A DNA stretch of 64,000 nucleotides from Candidatus Marinacidobacterales bacterium (GTDB lineage Bacteria; Acidobacteriota; Vicinamibacteria; Marinacidobacterales; DATDRI01). The notes beneath the pieces were generated by a model that was not told where the DNA came from, ran no database searches, and was given only the letters and a program-made list of their open reading frames with translations. The stretch spans positions 4,352,001-4,416,000 of the forward strand of contig OZ245365.1 of NCBI GenBank assembly GCA_965226495.1, read 5' to 3'. The position numbers and the translations under genes are program-made. Shown here in pieces: positions 1 through 9,392 of this stretch; positions within the stretch are counted from its first letter, which is position 1; the number at the start of each line of letters is the position of its first letter.

Positions 1-1207
1 GGGCACCAGCAACGACGTTTGCCTCATTAAAGATGGGCGCCCCCGCGTGACCGCCGACTCGAAGATCGAGTCTCACCCGGTGATGGTTCCCATGGTTGCC
101 ATCCATTCCATCGGCGCCGGCGGCGGCTCGCTCGCCTGGGTCGATGCCGTCGGAGCGCTGAACGTGGGCCCGGAGAGCGCCGGTGCCGAGCCGGGACCGG
201 TGTGTTACGGCCGTGGAGGGACCGAGCCCACCGTGACAGACGCCAACGTCGTCCTCGGCCGCGTGGCGCCCGAGCAATTTCTCCCTGAGAACATGAAGCT
301 CGATGCAGAATCCGCACGCCGCGCGATCCGCAAGAAAATCGCCGAGCCTCTGAAGCTGGACCTCTGGCTGGCTGCGACCGGGGTATTGGACATCGTGAAC
401 GTTAAAATGGCCATGGCGGTGCGTACCGTGACGGTTCAACGGGGACTGGATCCGAAGGACTTCGTCATGTTCGCCTTCGGTGGAGCGGGGCCGATGCACG
501 CTTGCTTCGTGGCTCGCGAGATCGGGATCGGCAAGGTGGTCATTCCCATCGCGCCGGGCCAGTTCTCGGCGCTCGGGATTCTGGGCAGCGATATCCGGCA
601 CGACCTCGTTCGTACTGCGCCCGCGGGATCCGATGCCCTCGATCGCTCCTTCCTCCAAGAACAGTTCGACGCGCTCGAATCCGACGCGCGGTCGGTTCTC
701 GGAAAGGAAGGCGTGGCTGAAGACGATTTCGCGCTCCTCCGGTCGGTCGATATTCGCTATGTAGGTCAGGAGTACACGGTCAACGTCCCTATTCCCGATG
801 GACCGATCGATGAGGGAGTCGTTAATAAGACACGCTCCGACTTCCACAAACTTCATGAAGTGACTTACAGCCATTCCAAACCGGACGACGTCATCGAGCT
901 CGTCAATTTGCGGATCGCTGCCATCGGTCGCCGGCCTAAGGTCGAGCTGCCGAAAGTGGCGGCCGGAAAAAAAGACCCCCGTCCATCGGCTCGAGTGGGC
1001 TCGACCGAGATCTGTTTCGATGCCGCCCAAGGGTTCGCCGAGGCGGCGGTATGGGATCGACGGGAGCTCTTGGCCGGAAACGGAATCGAAGGACCGGCTA
1101 TCGTGGCCGATCCGGGTGCAACTACCGTGGTCCCTCCCGGCTTTCGATGCTCGGTGAGCTCGCACGGTAATCTCGTTATCGAAGTACCGGCTACCGGAGG
1201 GTCTTAA
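1..1207 (+). CDS. Hydantoinase/oxoprolinase A subunit (ATP-binding), 5'-truncated by the window edge
   Basis: Frame is open from base 2 (GTSNDVCLIKDG, part of the DxGGTSxD motif). Motifs SIGAGGGS, VGPESAGAEPGPVCYGRGG, PTVTDAN, FGGAGPMHA. The stop overlaps the next start (TAATG). Confidence 0.93.
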   Translation, partial: GTSNDVCLIKDGRPRVTADSKIESHPVMVPMVAIHSIGAGGGSLAWVDAVGALNVGPESAGAEPGPVCYGRGGTEPTVTDANVVLGRVAPEQFLPENMKLDAESARRAIRKKIAEPLKLDLWLAATGVLDIVNVKMAMAVRTVTVQRGLDPKDFVMFAFGGAGPMHACFVAREIGIGKVVIPIAPGQFSALGILGSDIRHDLVRTAPAGSDALDRSFLQEQFDALESDARSVLGKEGVAEDDFALLRSVDIRYVGQEYTVNVPIPDGPIDEGVVNKTRSDFHKLHEVTYSHSKPDDVIELVNLRIAAIGRRPKVELPKVAAGKKDPRPSARVGSTEICFDAAQGFAEAAVWDRRELLAGNGIEGPAIVADPGATTVVPPGFRCSVSSHGNLVIEVPATGGS

Positions 1208-2964
1208 TGTCTGTAGATGTGCCGAACGGGAGAATCGACCCCATCACCCTCGAGGTGATCCGCCACGCATCCATCGCGGCGGCGGAAGAGATGAAAACCA
1301 ACCTCATGCGCACCGCCCACAATCCGATCATCTACGAAGTGCTCGACTTCAGCTGCGGCGTCTTCGACCACCGAGGCAATATGATCGCCCAAGCGGACGG
1401 ACTTCCCATCTTCCTCGGCAACTTGGCGGCTGCCATCCGCGTGGTGATCGACGACATCGGACTCGAGAACTTTCGACCCGGCGATCTCTACTTGATCAAC
1501 GACCCCTACGCTACCGGGACCCACGTCAACGACTTGACCACCGTCAATCCCGTATTCGATGACGACGGCGAGATCATCGCGTTCACTTCCGCCCGTGCGC
1601 ACTGGCTCGACATTGGAGCAAAGGACCCCGGCGGCAGCATCGACTCCACTGACATCGTCCAAGAGGGCCTGTGGTTGCGTTCGGTGCAACTCTACGACGA
1701 GGGCGAGCTCAACGAGAGTATGTGGCGAGTCATTCAATACAACGTACGCTATACGCGGAGCATGTTGGGCGACCTCCAAGCCCAGGTAGCCGCTTCCCGC
1801 ACCGGAGAGAAACGCATTCAGGAAATCTTCCGTCGGCACGGCCGGGCGACCGTGCGGGCGGCTATCGATGAGCTCTTCAAGCAGGGGGAGCAAAGAGCGA
1901 GGGCTTCGATCACCGCTATGAAGGATGGGGTATACGAAGCGGAATCCAGACTCGATGACGACTGCCTGGGCAACGGTCCTCTCCCCGTCAAGGTAAGAGT
2001 CATTGTCCACGGCGACACGCTGACCGTCGACTTAACGGGAAGCCATGGCCAAAACATCGGACCGGTCAACTGCGGTTTGCCCGCGACGCTCTCCGCCTGC
2101 CGCATGGCCTTCAAGTCCCTAACCGCTCCCGATGCGCCGGTGACAGAGGGAGACTTCGTGCCGCTCGAGCTCGAAGTTCCCGAGAACAACATGTTTAACG
2201 CAAGCTATCCGGCGCCCACCTTCATGTACGGAACGCACCTGATTCTGTTGAGTGACGTCATCATGAAAGCCTTGAGCAAGGCCCTGCCGGACAAGGTCAT
2301 CGCGGGACACTACGGGAACCTCTGCGGGTTCATGGTCGTGGGTATCGATCCCCGGACGAAGCAAATGTACATTCACCAAGAGCCCGAAAACGGCGGGTGG
2401 GGCGCCGGACCTCACGGTGACGGGGAAAGCGCGCTCATCTTTAGCCTCGACGGCGATACACGAAACATTCCCGCCGAAGTGATCGAGAACCGTTTCCCCA
2501 TCCGCATGGAACGCCACGAGCTGCGACAAGACTCCGGTGGACCAGGAAAAAATCGTGGCGGACTCGGACTCCTGCGCGAGTACCGCATCCTCGACCATGA
2601 GGCTCACATGACCTGCATCATGGACCGCAAGGTTGATCCGCCCTGGGGCTTGCGTGACGGGAAAGCGGCGGCCCATTGCCGCACGGTTGTGAATCCCGAA
2701 ACCGACCGCGAAGTCGTTCACCAAAAAGCAATGCGCCAATTGGTGCGAGACGGCGACCTCATCAGCGTACAAACCGGCGGCGGCGGCGGTTGGGGCGATC
2801 CACTGGAACGTGATCCGGAAAAAGTTCAGTACGATGTTCGCGCCGGCTACATAAGCTTTGCGGCTGCGAAGAAAGAGTACGGAGTCGTTCTGGATCCAGA
2901 AACGCTCGAGCTCGATCGAGCAGCGACCGAGAAACTACGCCCTCTACGACAGACCGTGACCTAG
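1207..2964 (+). CDS. Hydantoinase B/oxoprolinase family protein
   Basis: IDPITLEVI, DFSCGVFD, NDPYATGTHVND, RAHWLDIG, DSGGPGKNRGG, GGGGGWGDPLERDPE motifs. Confidence 0.93.
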   Translation: MSVDVPNGRIDPITLEVIRHASIAAAEEMKTNLMRTAHNPIIYEVLDFSCGVFDHRGNMIAQADGLPIFLGNLAAAIRVVIDDIGLENFRPGDLYLINDPYATGTHVNDLTTVNPVFDDDGEIIAFTSARAHWLDIGAKDPGGSIDSTDIVQEGLWLRSVQLYDEGELNESMWRVIQYNVRYTRSMLGDLQAQVAASRTGEKRIQEIFRRHGRATVRAAIDELFKQGEQRARASITAMKDGVYEAESRLDDDCLGNGPLPVKVRVIVHGDTLTVDLTGSHGQNIGPVNCGLPATLSACRMAFKSLTAPDAPVTEGDFVPLELEVPENNMFNASYPAPTFMYGTHLILLSDVIMKALSKALPDKVIAGHYGNLCGFMVVGIDPRTKQMYIHQEPENGGWGAGPHGDGESALIFSLDGDTRNIPAEVIENRFPIRMERHELRQDSGGPGKNRGGLGLLREYRILDHEAHMTCIMDRKVDPPWGLRDGKAAAHCRTVVNPETDREVVHQKAMRQLVRDGDLISVQTGGGGGWGDPLERDPEKVQYDVRAGYISFAAAKKEYGVVLDPETLELDRAATEKLRPLRQTVT

Positions 2965-3025
2965 TGACAAAGCGGTTTCCTGCAGACAGCGTTTTGTAAC
3001 CAAAAAAGCCAACGAGGAATAGGCT

Positions 3026-3051
3026 GTAACGCATTGCGAAACAAGCGTTTA
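3026..3051. promoter_or_regulatory. IHF-like site (near-palindromic TAA-n4-TTG-n5-CAA-n4-TTA)
   Basis: gtaacgcattgcgaaacaagcgttta; the right half is close to the IHF consensus WATCAANNNNTTR; AT-rich intergenic position. Confidence 0.35.
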
Positions 3052-3073
3052 GCCGTAAGTGAGAAAATCAACT

Positions 3074-5332
3074 TTGCAAGTTCGGCATACAGTACACAGC
3101 TTAGCTCTCTCATTATTGATAGGGACGTTCTCTGTATTAATCGCAGGCGCGGAAGAGATCGATGGTCCTCCCCCACCCGTTGCACCCGAAGTAGTCGCGC
3201 GGGATGAAGAAGGGCGCGTCACGATGCGCGCGGTGCGTCTCGATCAACCTCTGACGTTGGACGGTAACTTGGATGAACCTGTTTACCAGAACGTCTTCCC
3301 CGTAAACGGTTTCATCCAACAAGAACCCAACGAAGGCGCGCCGGCCACCGAGGATACCGATCTATGGGTGCTTTTCGATGAGCGAAACGTCTATATCGCG
3401 GCCCGCTGCTGGGATAGCCAGGCGGATCAAATCATGGCGAACGAGATGCGACGGGACAACCTCGGTCTCTATCAAAATGACAATTTCGCGGTGGTTCTAG
3501 ACACATTCTACGATCGGCGCAACGCGTTCGTCTTCCACACCAATCCCCTCGGCGGCTTGATGGATGCGCAGCTCATCGATGAGAACCTCTTCAACCTCGA
3601 CTGGGACGGGGTCTGGGACGTGCGCACGAAGCGTTTCGAAAAGGGCTGGACGCTCGAGATGGCGATCCCGTTCAAGTCCCTTCGATACCAAGGCGGCGGA
3701 CCGCAAGTTTGGGGAATCAACGCGCGCCGCATCGTTCGGTCGAAGAATGAATTCACCCATATCACCCGCATCCCGCAGTCATGGGCGGGCCGGGGAGTAC
3801 TCAAGATGTCTTCTGCGGCGACACTGGTCGGATTGGAAGCGCCTCATGGATCGCAGAGCATTCAGCTCACACCCTACGCGAGAGGAGACGTTGCCACGGA
3901 CCTCGAAGCCATCCCCAGCGTGGACAATGAGATCGATGGCGAGGTCGGATTCGACTTCAAGTGGGGCGTGACTCGAAGCCTCGTCTTCGATTTCACCTAC
4001 AACACCGACTTCGCGGAAGTGGAGGTCGACGAGGAACAAGTCAACCTCACGCGTTTCAGTCTTTTCTTCCCTGAGAAGCGCGATTTCTTCCTCGAGGGGC
4101 AAGGTATCTTCAGCTTCGGTATAGAGGGCGGACGACGCACTCTCCCCCCACCCAACGTTCCGGTGATCTTCTTCAGCCGACAAATCGGCTTACAAGACGG
4201 TCTCTCCGTCCCCATCGTCGCCGGGGCACGCTTGACCGGAAGAGTGGGCGCCTATTCCCTTGGGTTTCTTCAAATGCGGACTGAAGAATTCCCACTCGCT
4301 AACGCTGTGGAGACCGATTTCTCTGTCGTTCGGTTGAAACGCGATCTCTTCCAACGAAGCAACGTTGGCGTGATCTTCACTCGGCGCTCGCCGCGCCTGG
4401 ACGGAACCGGAGAGAACCTGGTTTATGGCATTGATACCGATCTGGCCCTGAGCTCGGATACGCGTGTCTTTGCGTACTACGCCAAGAGCGAAACCCCCGG
4501 GCTCGATGGCATCGACGAGAGCTACCGCGGCCGGTTGAACTACGCCGGCGACCGTTTCGGGCTCGAGCTCGAGTACATGCGGGTTGGACCCGATTTCAAT
4601 CCTGAAGTCGGTTTCGTCGCTCGGGAAGACTTCGACCGGGCCTACGCAACGTTCCGTTTCAGCCCGCGGCCACAGTGGTGGGGGGCGGTTAGGAGATTGA
4701 ACTTCCAAGGAACCTTCGACTACATCACCGATACCGAGGGGACCCTCGAGACCCGCATCGGCCAAGCGGGGTTTCTCGTCGAGTTCGAGAACAGCGATCA
4801 ATCTGAGATCACGTTTCAAAGAGAACTGGAGTTTCTATCGGAGCCCTTCGAGATCTCGGACGGCATTGTGATTCCCATTGGCACCTATCGTTTCCAGGAA
4901 ATCTTCTACCGCTACCTGATGGGGCCCCATCGAAAGATCGCGGGGAATTTCTTCTTCGTCGCCGGGACGTTCTGGGACGGTGACCGCATCGGAGCCGGCT
5001 ATAACGGCCGCGTGGAGCTCGCCGAGCGTCTCTCTTTGGAGCCGGGCATCCAGTACAACCGGGTCGAATTGGTGGAAGGTGACTTCACGACGAAACTCTT
5101 GACCGCGCGGGTCAACTACACATTTAATCCTAGGATCTTCCTCAGCGCCTTACTTCAATACAACTCCACCAACGAAACGGTCGGCGCCAACATTCGCTTC
5201 CGATGGGAGTATCAACCGGGTAGCGACCTGTACGTGGTCTATACCGACGGGAGAGACATACTACAGCCCGGTTTCCCATCACTGCTCAACCGCACCTTCG
5301 TGGTCAAGCTCACGAAGCTCGTCCGGTTCTGA
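3074..5332 (+). CDS. DUF5916 / CBM9-like domain outer-membrane protein, copy 1
   Basis: Signal-like N-terminus, LDGNLDEP, WTLEMAIPFKSLRY, NTDFAEVEVDE, RFSLFFPEKRDFFLEG, C-terminal Phe. The TTG at 3074 is conserved in copy 2; the ORF track starts at 3059. Confidence 0.8.
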   Translation: MQVRHTVHSLALSLLIGTFSVLIAGAEEIDGPPPPVAPEVVARDEEGRVTMRAVRLDQPLTLDGNLDEPVYQNVFPVNGFIQQEPNEGAPATEDTDLWVLFDERNVYIAARCWDSQADQIMANEMRRDNLGLYQNDNFAVVLDTFYDRRNAFVFHTNPLGGLMDAQLIDENLFNLDWDGVWDVRTKRFEKGWTLEMAIPFKSLRYQGGGPQVWGINARRIVRSKNEFTHITRIPQSWAGRGVLKMSSAATLVGLEAPHGSQSIQLTPYARGDVATDLEAIPSVDNEIDGEVGFDFKWGVTRSLVFDFTYNTDFAEVEVDEEQVNLTRFSLFFPEKRDFFLEGQGIFSFGIEGGRRTLPPPNVPVIFFSRQIGLQDGLSVPIVAGARLTGRVGAYSLGFLQMRTEEFPLANAVETDFSVVRLKRDLFQRSNVGVIFTRRSPRLDGTGENLVYGIDTDLALSSDTRVFAYYAKSETPGLDGIDESYRGRLNYAGDRFGLELEYMRVGPDFNPEVGFVAREDFDRAYATFRFSPRPQWWGAVRRLNFQGTFDYITDTEGTLETRIGQAGFLVEFENSDQSEITFQRELEFLSEPFEISDGIVIPIGTYRFQEIFYRYLMGPHRKIAGNFFFVAGTFWDGDRIGAGYNGRVELAERLSLEPGIQYNRVELVEGDFTTKLLTARVNYTFNPRIFLSALLQYNSTNETVGANIRFRWEYQPGSDLYVVYTDGRDILQPGFPSLLNRTFVVKLTKLVRF

Positions 5333-5335
5333 ACC

Positions 5336-5515
5336 ATGTGGCGCGCGCACGCGGCGATCCTGGTTGTTCTCTGCGGCTACGGGAACCTCTGTGGGTTCAT
5401 GGTCGTCGACATCGATCCTCGGACGAAGCAAATGTACATTCATCAGGAGCCCGAGAACGGCGGCTGGGGTGCCGACCCCCACAGCGACTGGGAAAACGCG
5501 CTCATCTTTTTATAG
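5336..5515 (+). pseudogene. Chimeric duplication scar: first 14 codons of the 7794 gene fused in frame to an internal piece of hydantoinase B
   Basis: Reads MWRAHAAILVVLCG (compare MWRANAAILVVLSG at 7794) then YGNLCGFMVVDIDPRTKQMYIHQEPENGGWG. Bases 5378-5509 match 2311-2442 with 17 differences in 132 nt by manual count. Confidence 0.9.
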
Positions 5516-5534
5516 CTTACACGGAAAGCCTATA

Positions 5535-7790
5535 TTGCAAACTCAGCATACAGTACACAGCTTGGCTTTCTCATTATTAATAGCAACGCTTTCTGTGTCG
5601 GCCGAAGAGATCGAAATCGATGGTCCTCCCCCGCCGATCGCACCCGAAGTGATCGCGCGAGATGAAGAAGGGCGCGTCACCATGCGCGCGATCCGACTCG
5701 GCCAGCCCTTGACGTTGGACGGTCTCTTAGATGAGCCCGTCTACGAAAACGTGCCACCGGTCAACGGTTTCATCCAACAGGAGCCCAACGAGGGTGCGCC
5801 CGCCACCGAGGATACGGATCTCTGGGTGCTCTTCGACGATAAGCACATCTACATCGCGGCCCGTTGCTGGGATAGTCAGGCGGATCTCATCATGGCCAAC
5901 GAGATGCGACGGGACAACATCGCGCTGTTCCAGAACGACAACTTCGCCGTCGTTCTTGATACGTCCTACGACCGCCGCAACGCCTTCGTCTTTCACATCA
6001 ATCCTCTGGCGGGGCTCATGGATGCCCAAGTCTTCGACGAAAACTTGTTCAACCGTGACTGGAATACCGTCTGGGACGCTCGCACCGCTCGATTCGACAA
6101 AGGCTGGACTCTCGAGATCGCAGTCCCGTTCAAATCGCTTCGCTACAAAGGCTCCGGACCCCAGGTGTGGGGGATCAACGTCCGGCGCATTGTCCGCTCG
6201 AAAAACGAGATGACCCACATCACTCCAATCCCGCGCTCATGGGGGAACCGGGGTGTCATCAAAATGTCATCGGCCGCGACGCTGGTTGGATTGGAGACGC
6301 CGCAGAGCTCGCAGAACATCGAGCTCAAGCCGTACCTTCGAGGTGACGCGATGACTGATCTCGAGGCCTTGCCAGCGGTGACAAACGAAATCGACGGCGA
6401 TTGGGGTGTCGACTTCAAATACGGCCTCACCCGGAGCTTAACCTTCGACTTCACCTACAACACCGACTTTGCGGAAGTGGAAGTCGACGAGCAACAAGTC
6501 AACCTCACTCGCTTTGGCTTGTTTTTTCCCGAAAAGCGCGACTTCTTCCTGGAGGGACAGGGTATTTTCAGTTTCGGAATCGAAGGCGGGAGAGGCACTC
6601 TTCCCCCGGCCAATACGCCGGTGGTGTTCTTTAGCCGACGCATCGGTTTGCAGGATGAGCTCGCCATTCCCATCATTGGCGGCGGAAGGCTTACCGGCAC
6701 CGCCGGGCCCTACCAGATCGGCCTGCTCCAAATCCGGACCGAGGCGTTCCCCATCGTCGGGGCTCGAGAGACCGACTTCTCCGTGGTCCGGCTGAAACGC
6801 GACTTTTTTGGGCGCAGCAACGTGGGTGTCATTTTCACTCGCCGCGCGCCTCGACTCGACGGAAACAGAGAGAATCTCGTCTATGGCATCGATGCCGACC
6901 TGGGTCTGAGCTCCGATACGCGGGTCCACGCGTACTATACAAAGAGCGACACCCCCGAGCTCGACGGCATCGATGAAAGCTACCGTGTTCGTTTGAACTA
7001 TGCCGGCGATCGATACGGCGTTCAGCTCGAACGCATGCGGGTCGGTCCGGATTTCAATCCCGAAGTCGGTTTCGTCAGCCGGAGCGATTTCGACCGCCAC
7101 TTCGCGTCCGTCCGCTTCAGCCCCCGCCCACAGTGGTGGGGAGCGGTGCGCAAATTGAACTTCCAAGGATCTTTCGACTACATCACCGACACCGAGGGCA
7201 CCCTCGAGACCCGTATCGGTATCGCTGGATTCCTCGTCGACTTCGAAAATAGCGATCAATCCGAGATCTCCTACCAACGGAACCTGGAGTTCTTAGCTGA
7301 GCCCTTCGAGATCTCGGATGGCATCGTGCTTCCCGTGGGCACCTATCGTTTCCAAGAAATCTTCTATCGCTACGGGCTCGGTTTTCAACGCAAGTTGTCG
7401 GGGAATTTCTTTTTCGTGGCCGGGACGTTCTATGACGGCGAGCGCATTGGGGCCGGTTACAATGGCCGGGTGGAGCTCGCCGAACGGCTCTCCCTTGAGC
7501 CGGGTATCCAGTTCAACCGGGTCGATCTGGTGGAGGGAAACTTTACTACCGAGCTACTGACGGCGCGCGTCAACTACTCGTTTTCTCCGCGCGTCTTCCT
7601 CAGCGCCTTGCTGCAATACAATTCCACCAACGAAACCGTCGGCGCCAACCTTCGCTTTCGATGGGAGTACCAACCAGGGAGCGATCTCTTCGTTGTCTAT
7701 ACCGACGGACGAGACATTCTGACTCCCGGATTCCCACGCCTTCTCAATCGTAGCTTGGTGATCAAGCTGACGAAGCTCTTCCGGTTCTGA
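5535..7790 (+). CDS. DUF5916 / CBM9-like domain outer-membrane protein, copy 2
   Basis: Colinear paralog of 3074-5332 ending KLFRF. The ORF-track extension from 5364 is an off-frame read of the scar; the likely start is the TTG at 5535. Confidence 0.8.
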   Translation: MQTQHTVHSLAFSLLIATLSVSAEEIEIDGPPPPIAPEVIARDEEGRVTMRAIRLGQPLTLDGLLDEPVYENVPPVNGFIQQEPNEGAPATEDTDLWVLFDDKHIYIAARCWDSQADLIMANEMRRDNIALFQNDNFAVVLDTSYDRRNAFVFHINPLAGLMDAQVFDENLFNRDWNTVWDARTARFDKGWTLEIAVPFKSLRYKGSGPQVWGINVRRIVRSKNEMTHITPIPRSWGNRGVIKMSSAATLVGLETPQSSQNIELKPYLRGDAMTDLEALPAVTNEIDGDWGVDFKYGLTRSLTFDFTYNTDFAEVEVDEQQVNLTRFGLFFPEKRDFFLEGQGIFSFGIEGGRGTLPPANTPVVFFSRRIGLQDELAIPIIGGGRLTGTAGPYQIGLLQIRTEAFPIVGARETDFSVVRLKRDFFGRSNVGVIFTRRAPRLDGNRENLVYGIDADLGLSSDTRVHAYYTKSDTPELDGIDESYRVRLNYAGDRYGVQLERMRVGPDFNPEVGFVSRSDFDRHFASVRFSPRPQWWGAVRKLNFQGSFDYITDTEGTLETRIGIAGFLVDFENSDQSEISYQRNLEFLAEPFEISDGIVLPVGTYRFQEIFYRYGLGFQRKLSGNFFFVAGTFYDGERIGAGYNGRVELAERLSLEPGIQFNRVDLVEGNFTTELLTARVNYSFSPRVFLSALLQYNSTNETVGANLRFRWEYQPGSDLFVVYTDGRDILTPGFPRLLNRSLVIKLTKLFRF

Positions 7791-7793
7791 ATC

Positions 7794-8366
7794 ATGTGGC
7801 GTGCGAATGCGGCGATCCTGGTTGTACTCTCCGGCTTGATCACCGCCATCGGACTCGACACCAAGCCCTGGCCCTTCAACAACTACCCGATGTTTGCTCA
7901 CATGGTCAGGTCATGGCCGGTCTATTGGACACGAGGGGACGTCGCCGCTCACCTTGCACTGATCCCCGTCGGGGTCGACGGCGACAAACCGCAGCGCGAG
8001 CACTCCTTGGAAGCCAGGCACTTGGCACCCCAAGCCACAACCGCCATGATGATGGCTTTCAACAAGATGCTCGGTAATTGGCAACCGGGGTCTATTTTTC
8101 CGGGCTCGCCGACCAAGGCTGGCGTGGCCGACGTCAGGGCGAGAGCGAAACAGAAGAAGGCGATCCTTCGCAGAGCGCTGCTCGACTTGAAGGACCGATA
8201 CAACCGGCAACGCCGGCCTGATGAGCCTCCGCTAGTCGGGGTGAGGCTCTACCTCATGAAACGCGACTACTCGAACCCCGATACCCTCTCCATGAGTGAC
8301 GCGACCGAACGGGCGCCATCCCTTCCGCACCGCGTGCTCATTTTCGAGACCATGGGTGTGCCGTGA
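7794..8366 (+). CDS. Membrane-anchored hypothetical protein, partner of the HTTM-like protein
   Basis: N-terminal hydrophobic helix followed by WPFNNYPMFA; GTGA overlap with the next gene. Confidence 0.65.
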   Translation: MWRANAAILVVLSGLITAIGLDTKPWPFNNYPMFAHMVRSWPVYWTRGDVAAHLALIPVGVDGDKPQREHSLEARHLAPQATTAMMMAFNKMLGNWQPGSIFPGSPTKAGVADVRARAKQKKAILRRALLDLKDRYNRQRRPDEPPLVGVRLYLMKRDYSNPDTLSMSDATERAPSLPHRVLIFETMGVP

Positions 8367-9337
8367 GTCGAGCGATGAAAGCCTGGCACGAGCTCTGGTT
8401 CCAGCCCTGGGGGCCCGAGAATCTCGGCCTCTGCCGATTGCTCGTTTCCGGGCTTTTTCTGTGGTCTCACTTGTCGTGGGATTTCACCGTCTGGACCCAC
8501 GTTTCCGATGCGTTCTGGATGCCGGTCCCCCTCTTTCACGTGCTCGGTCTAGGTCTGCCGCCGGCCTCGGTGGTAGAGCCCATTCAGCGCATCTTCTTCG
8601 TGTCGCTGTCTCTCGGCTTTATCGGCCTCTTTACGCGAACCGCTTTCGCCGTCACGTTCTTCACGTCGCTCTATCTGTTCGGATTCCGCCAATCGTTCGG
8701 CTTCGTCACGCCTGCGGTAGGACACTTCATCATCATGTTCGGGATCTTCGCGATGTCGCGGTCTGGGGATGCGTTCGCAATCGACAGCCTTGTCCGGCGG
8801 TGGCGAGGGCGCACTGACCGCCTTGCCGCGGAAGTGAAGCGAGGGGGATACTCTTGGCCGGTGCGCTTGATGCAGTTGCTCTTCGTCTCGGCGTTCTTCG
8901 CGGGTGGCGTCGCAAAGCTGCGTCTCGGCGGGCTCGAGTGGATCTTCTCGGACAACCTCGCCCTCACCGTGCAGGTCATCGACTTGGGGCCGCTCTCTCA
9001 CTGGGTCGCTGGAAAAGTGCTCCTTGGCCAAGTGCTAGCCATGTCGACCTTGACCCTGGAGCTCGTCTCCCCTTTGGCGTTCTTCAGTCGGCGCGCCAGC
9101 CTGGTCATCCTCCCGTCTCTGTTTTTCATGTTGGTGGGGTTCGCGGTGACCATGCGCGCCCTATTCCAGATCTTCTTTCTGACCTACGCGTTTTGGATCC
9201 CCTGGGATCGCTTCCTTTCGATCGCACGCGGCGAGCGCCCGGGACGCCGGAACCTCGCGCGGCTCGGGCTGCTGATGCTCCTTGGCGTGTTCGTGGGTTG
9301 GACACTCTTTTGGGGAACGTGGTTGGATGAAAGGTGA
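8363..9337 (+). CDS. HTTM-domain-like multi-pass membrane protein
   Basis: LGLCRLL, IGLFTR, GDAFAIDS, WPVRLMQL...FFAGGVAKL...W pattern; many TM segments. Confidence 0.65.
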   Translation: MSRAMKAWHELWFQPWGPENLGLCRLLVSGLFLWSHLSWDFTVWTHVSDAFWMPVPLFHVLGLGLPPASVVEPIQRIFFVSLSLGFIGLFTRTAFAVTFFTSLYLFGFRQSFGFVTPAVGHFIIMFGIFAMSRSGDAFAIDSLVRRWRGRTDRLAAEVKRGGYSWPVRLMQLLFVSAFFAGGVAKLRLGGLEWIFSDNLALTVQVIDLGPLSHWVAGKVLLGQVLAMSTLTLELVSPLAFFSRRASLVILPSLFFMLVGFAVTMRALFQIFFLTYAFWIPWDRFLSIARGERPGRRNLARLGLLMLLGVFVGWTLFWGTWLDER

Positions 9338-9392
9338 TGGTTGCCTCACTAACTTCGAGAGCGGTACGATGATGAGAGTCGTGTAGCTAGAG

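Noticed and set aside
5364-5534. N-terminal extension of DUF5916 copy 2 in the ORF track
   Set aside because: Off-frame reading of the hydantoinase-derived scar; homology to copy 1 begins near 5535.
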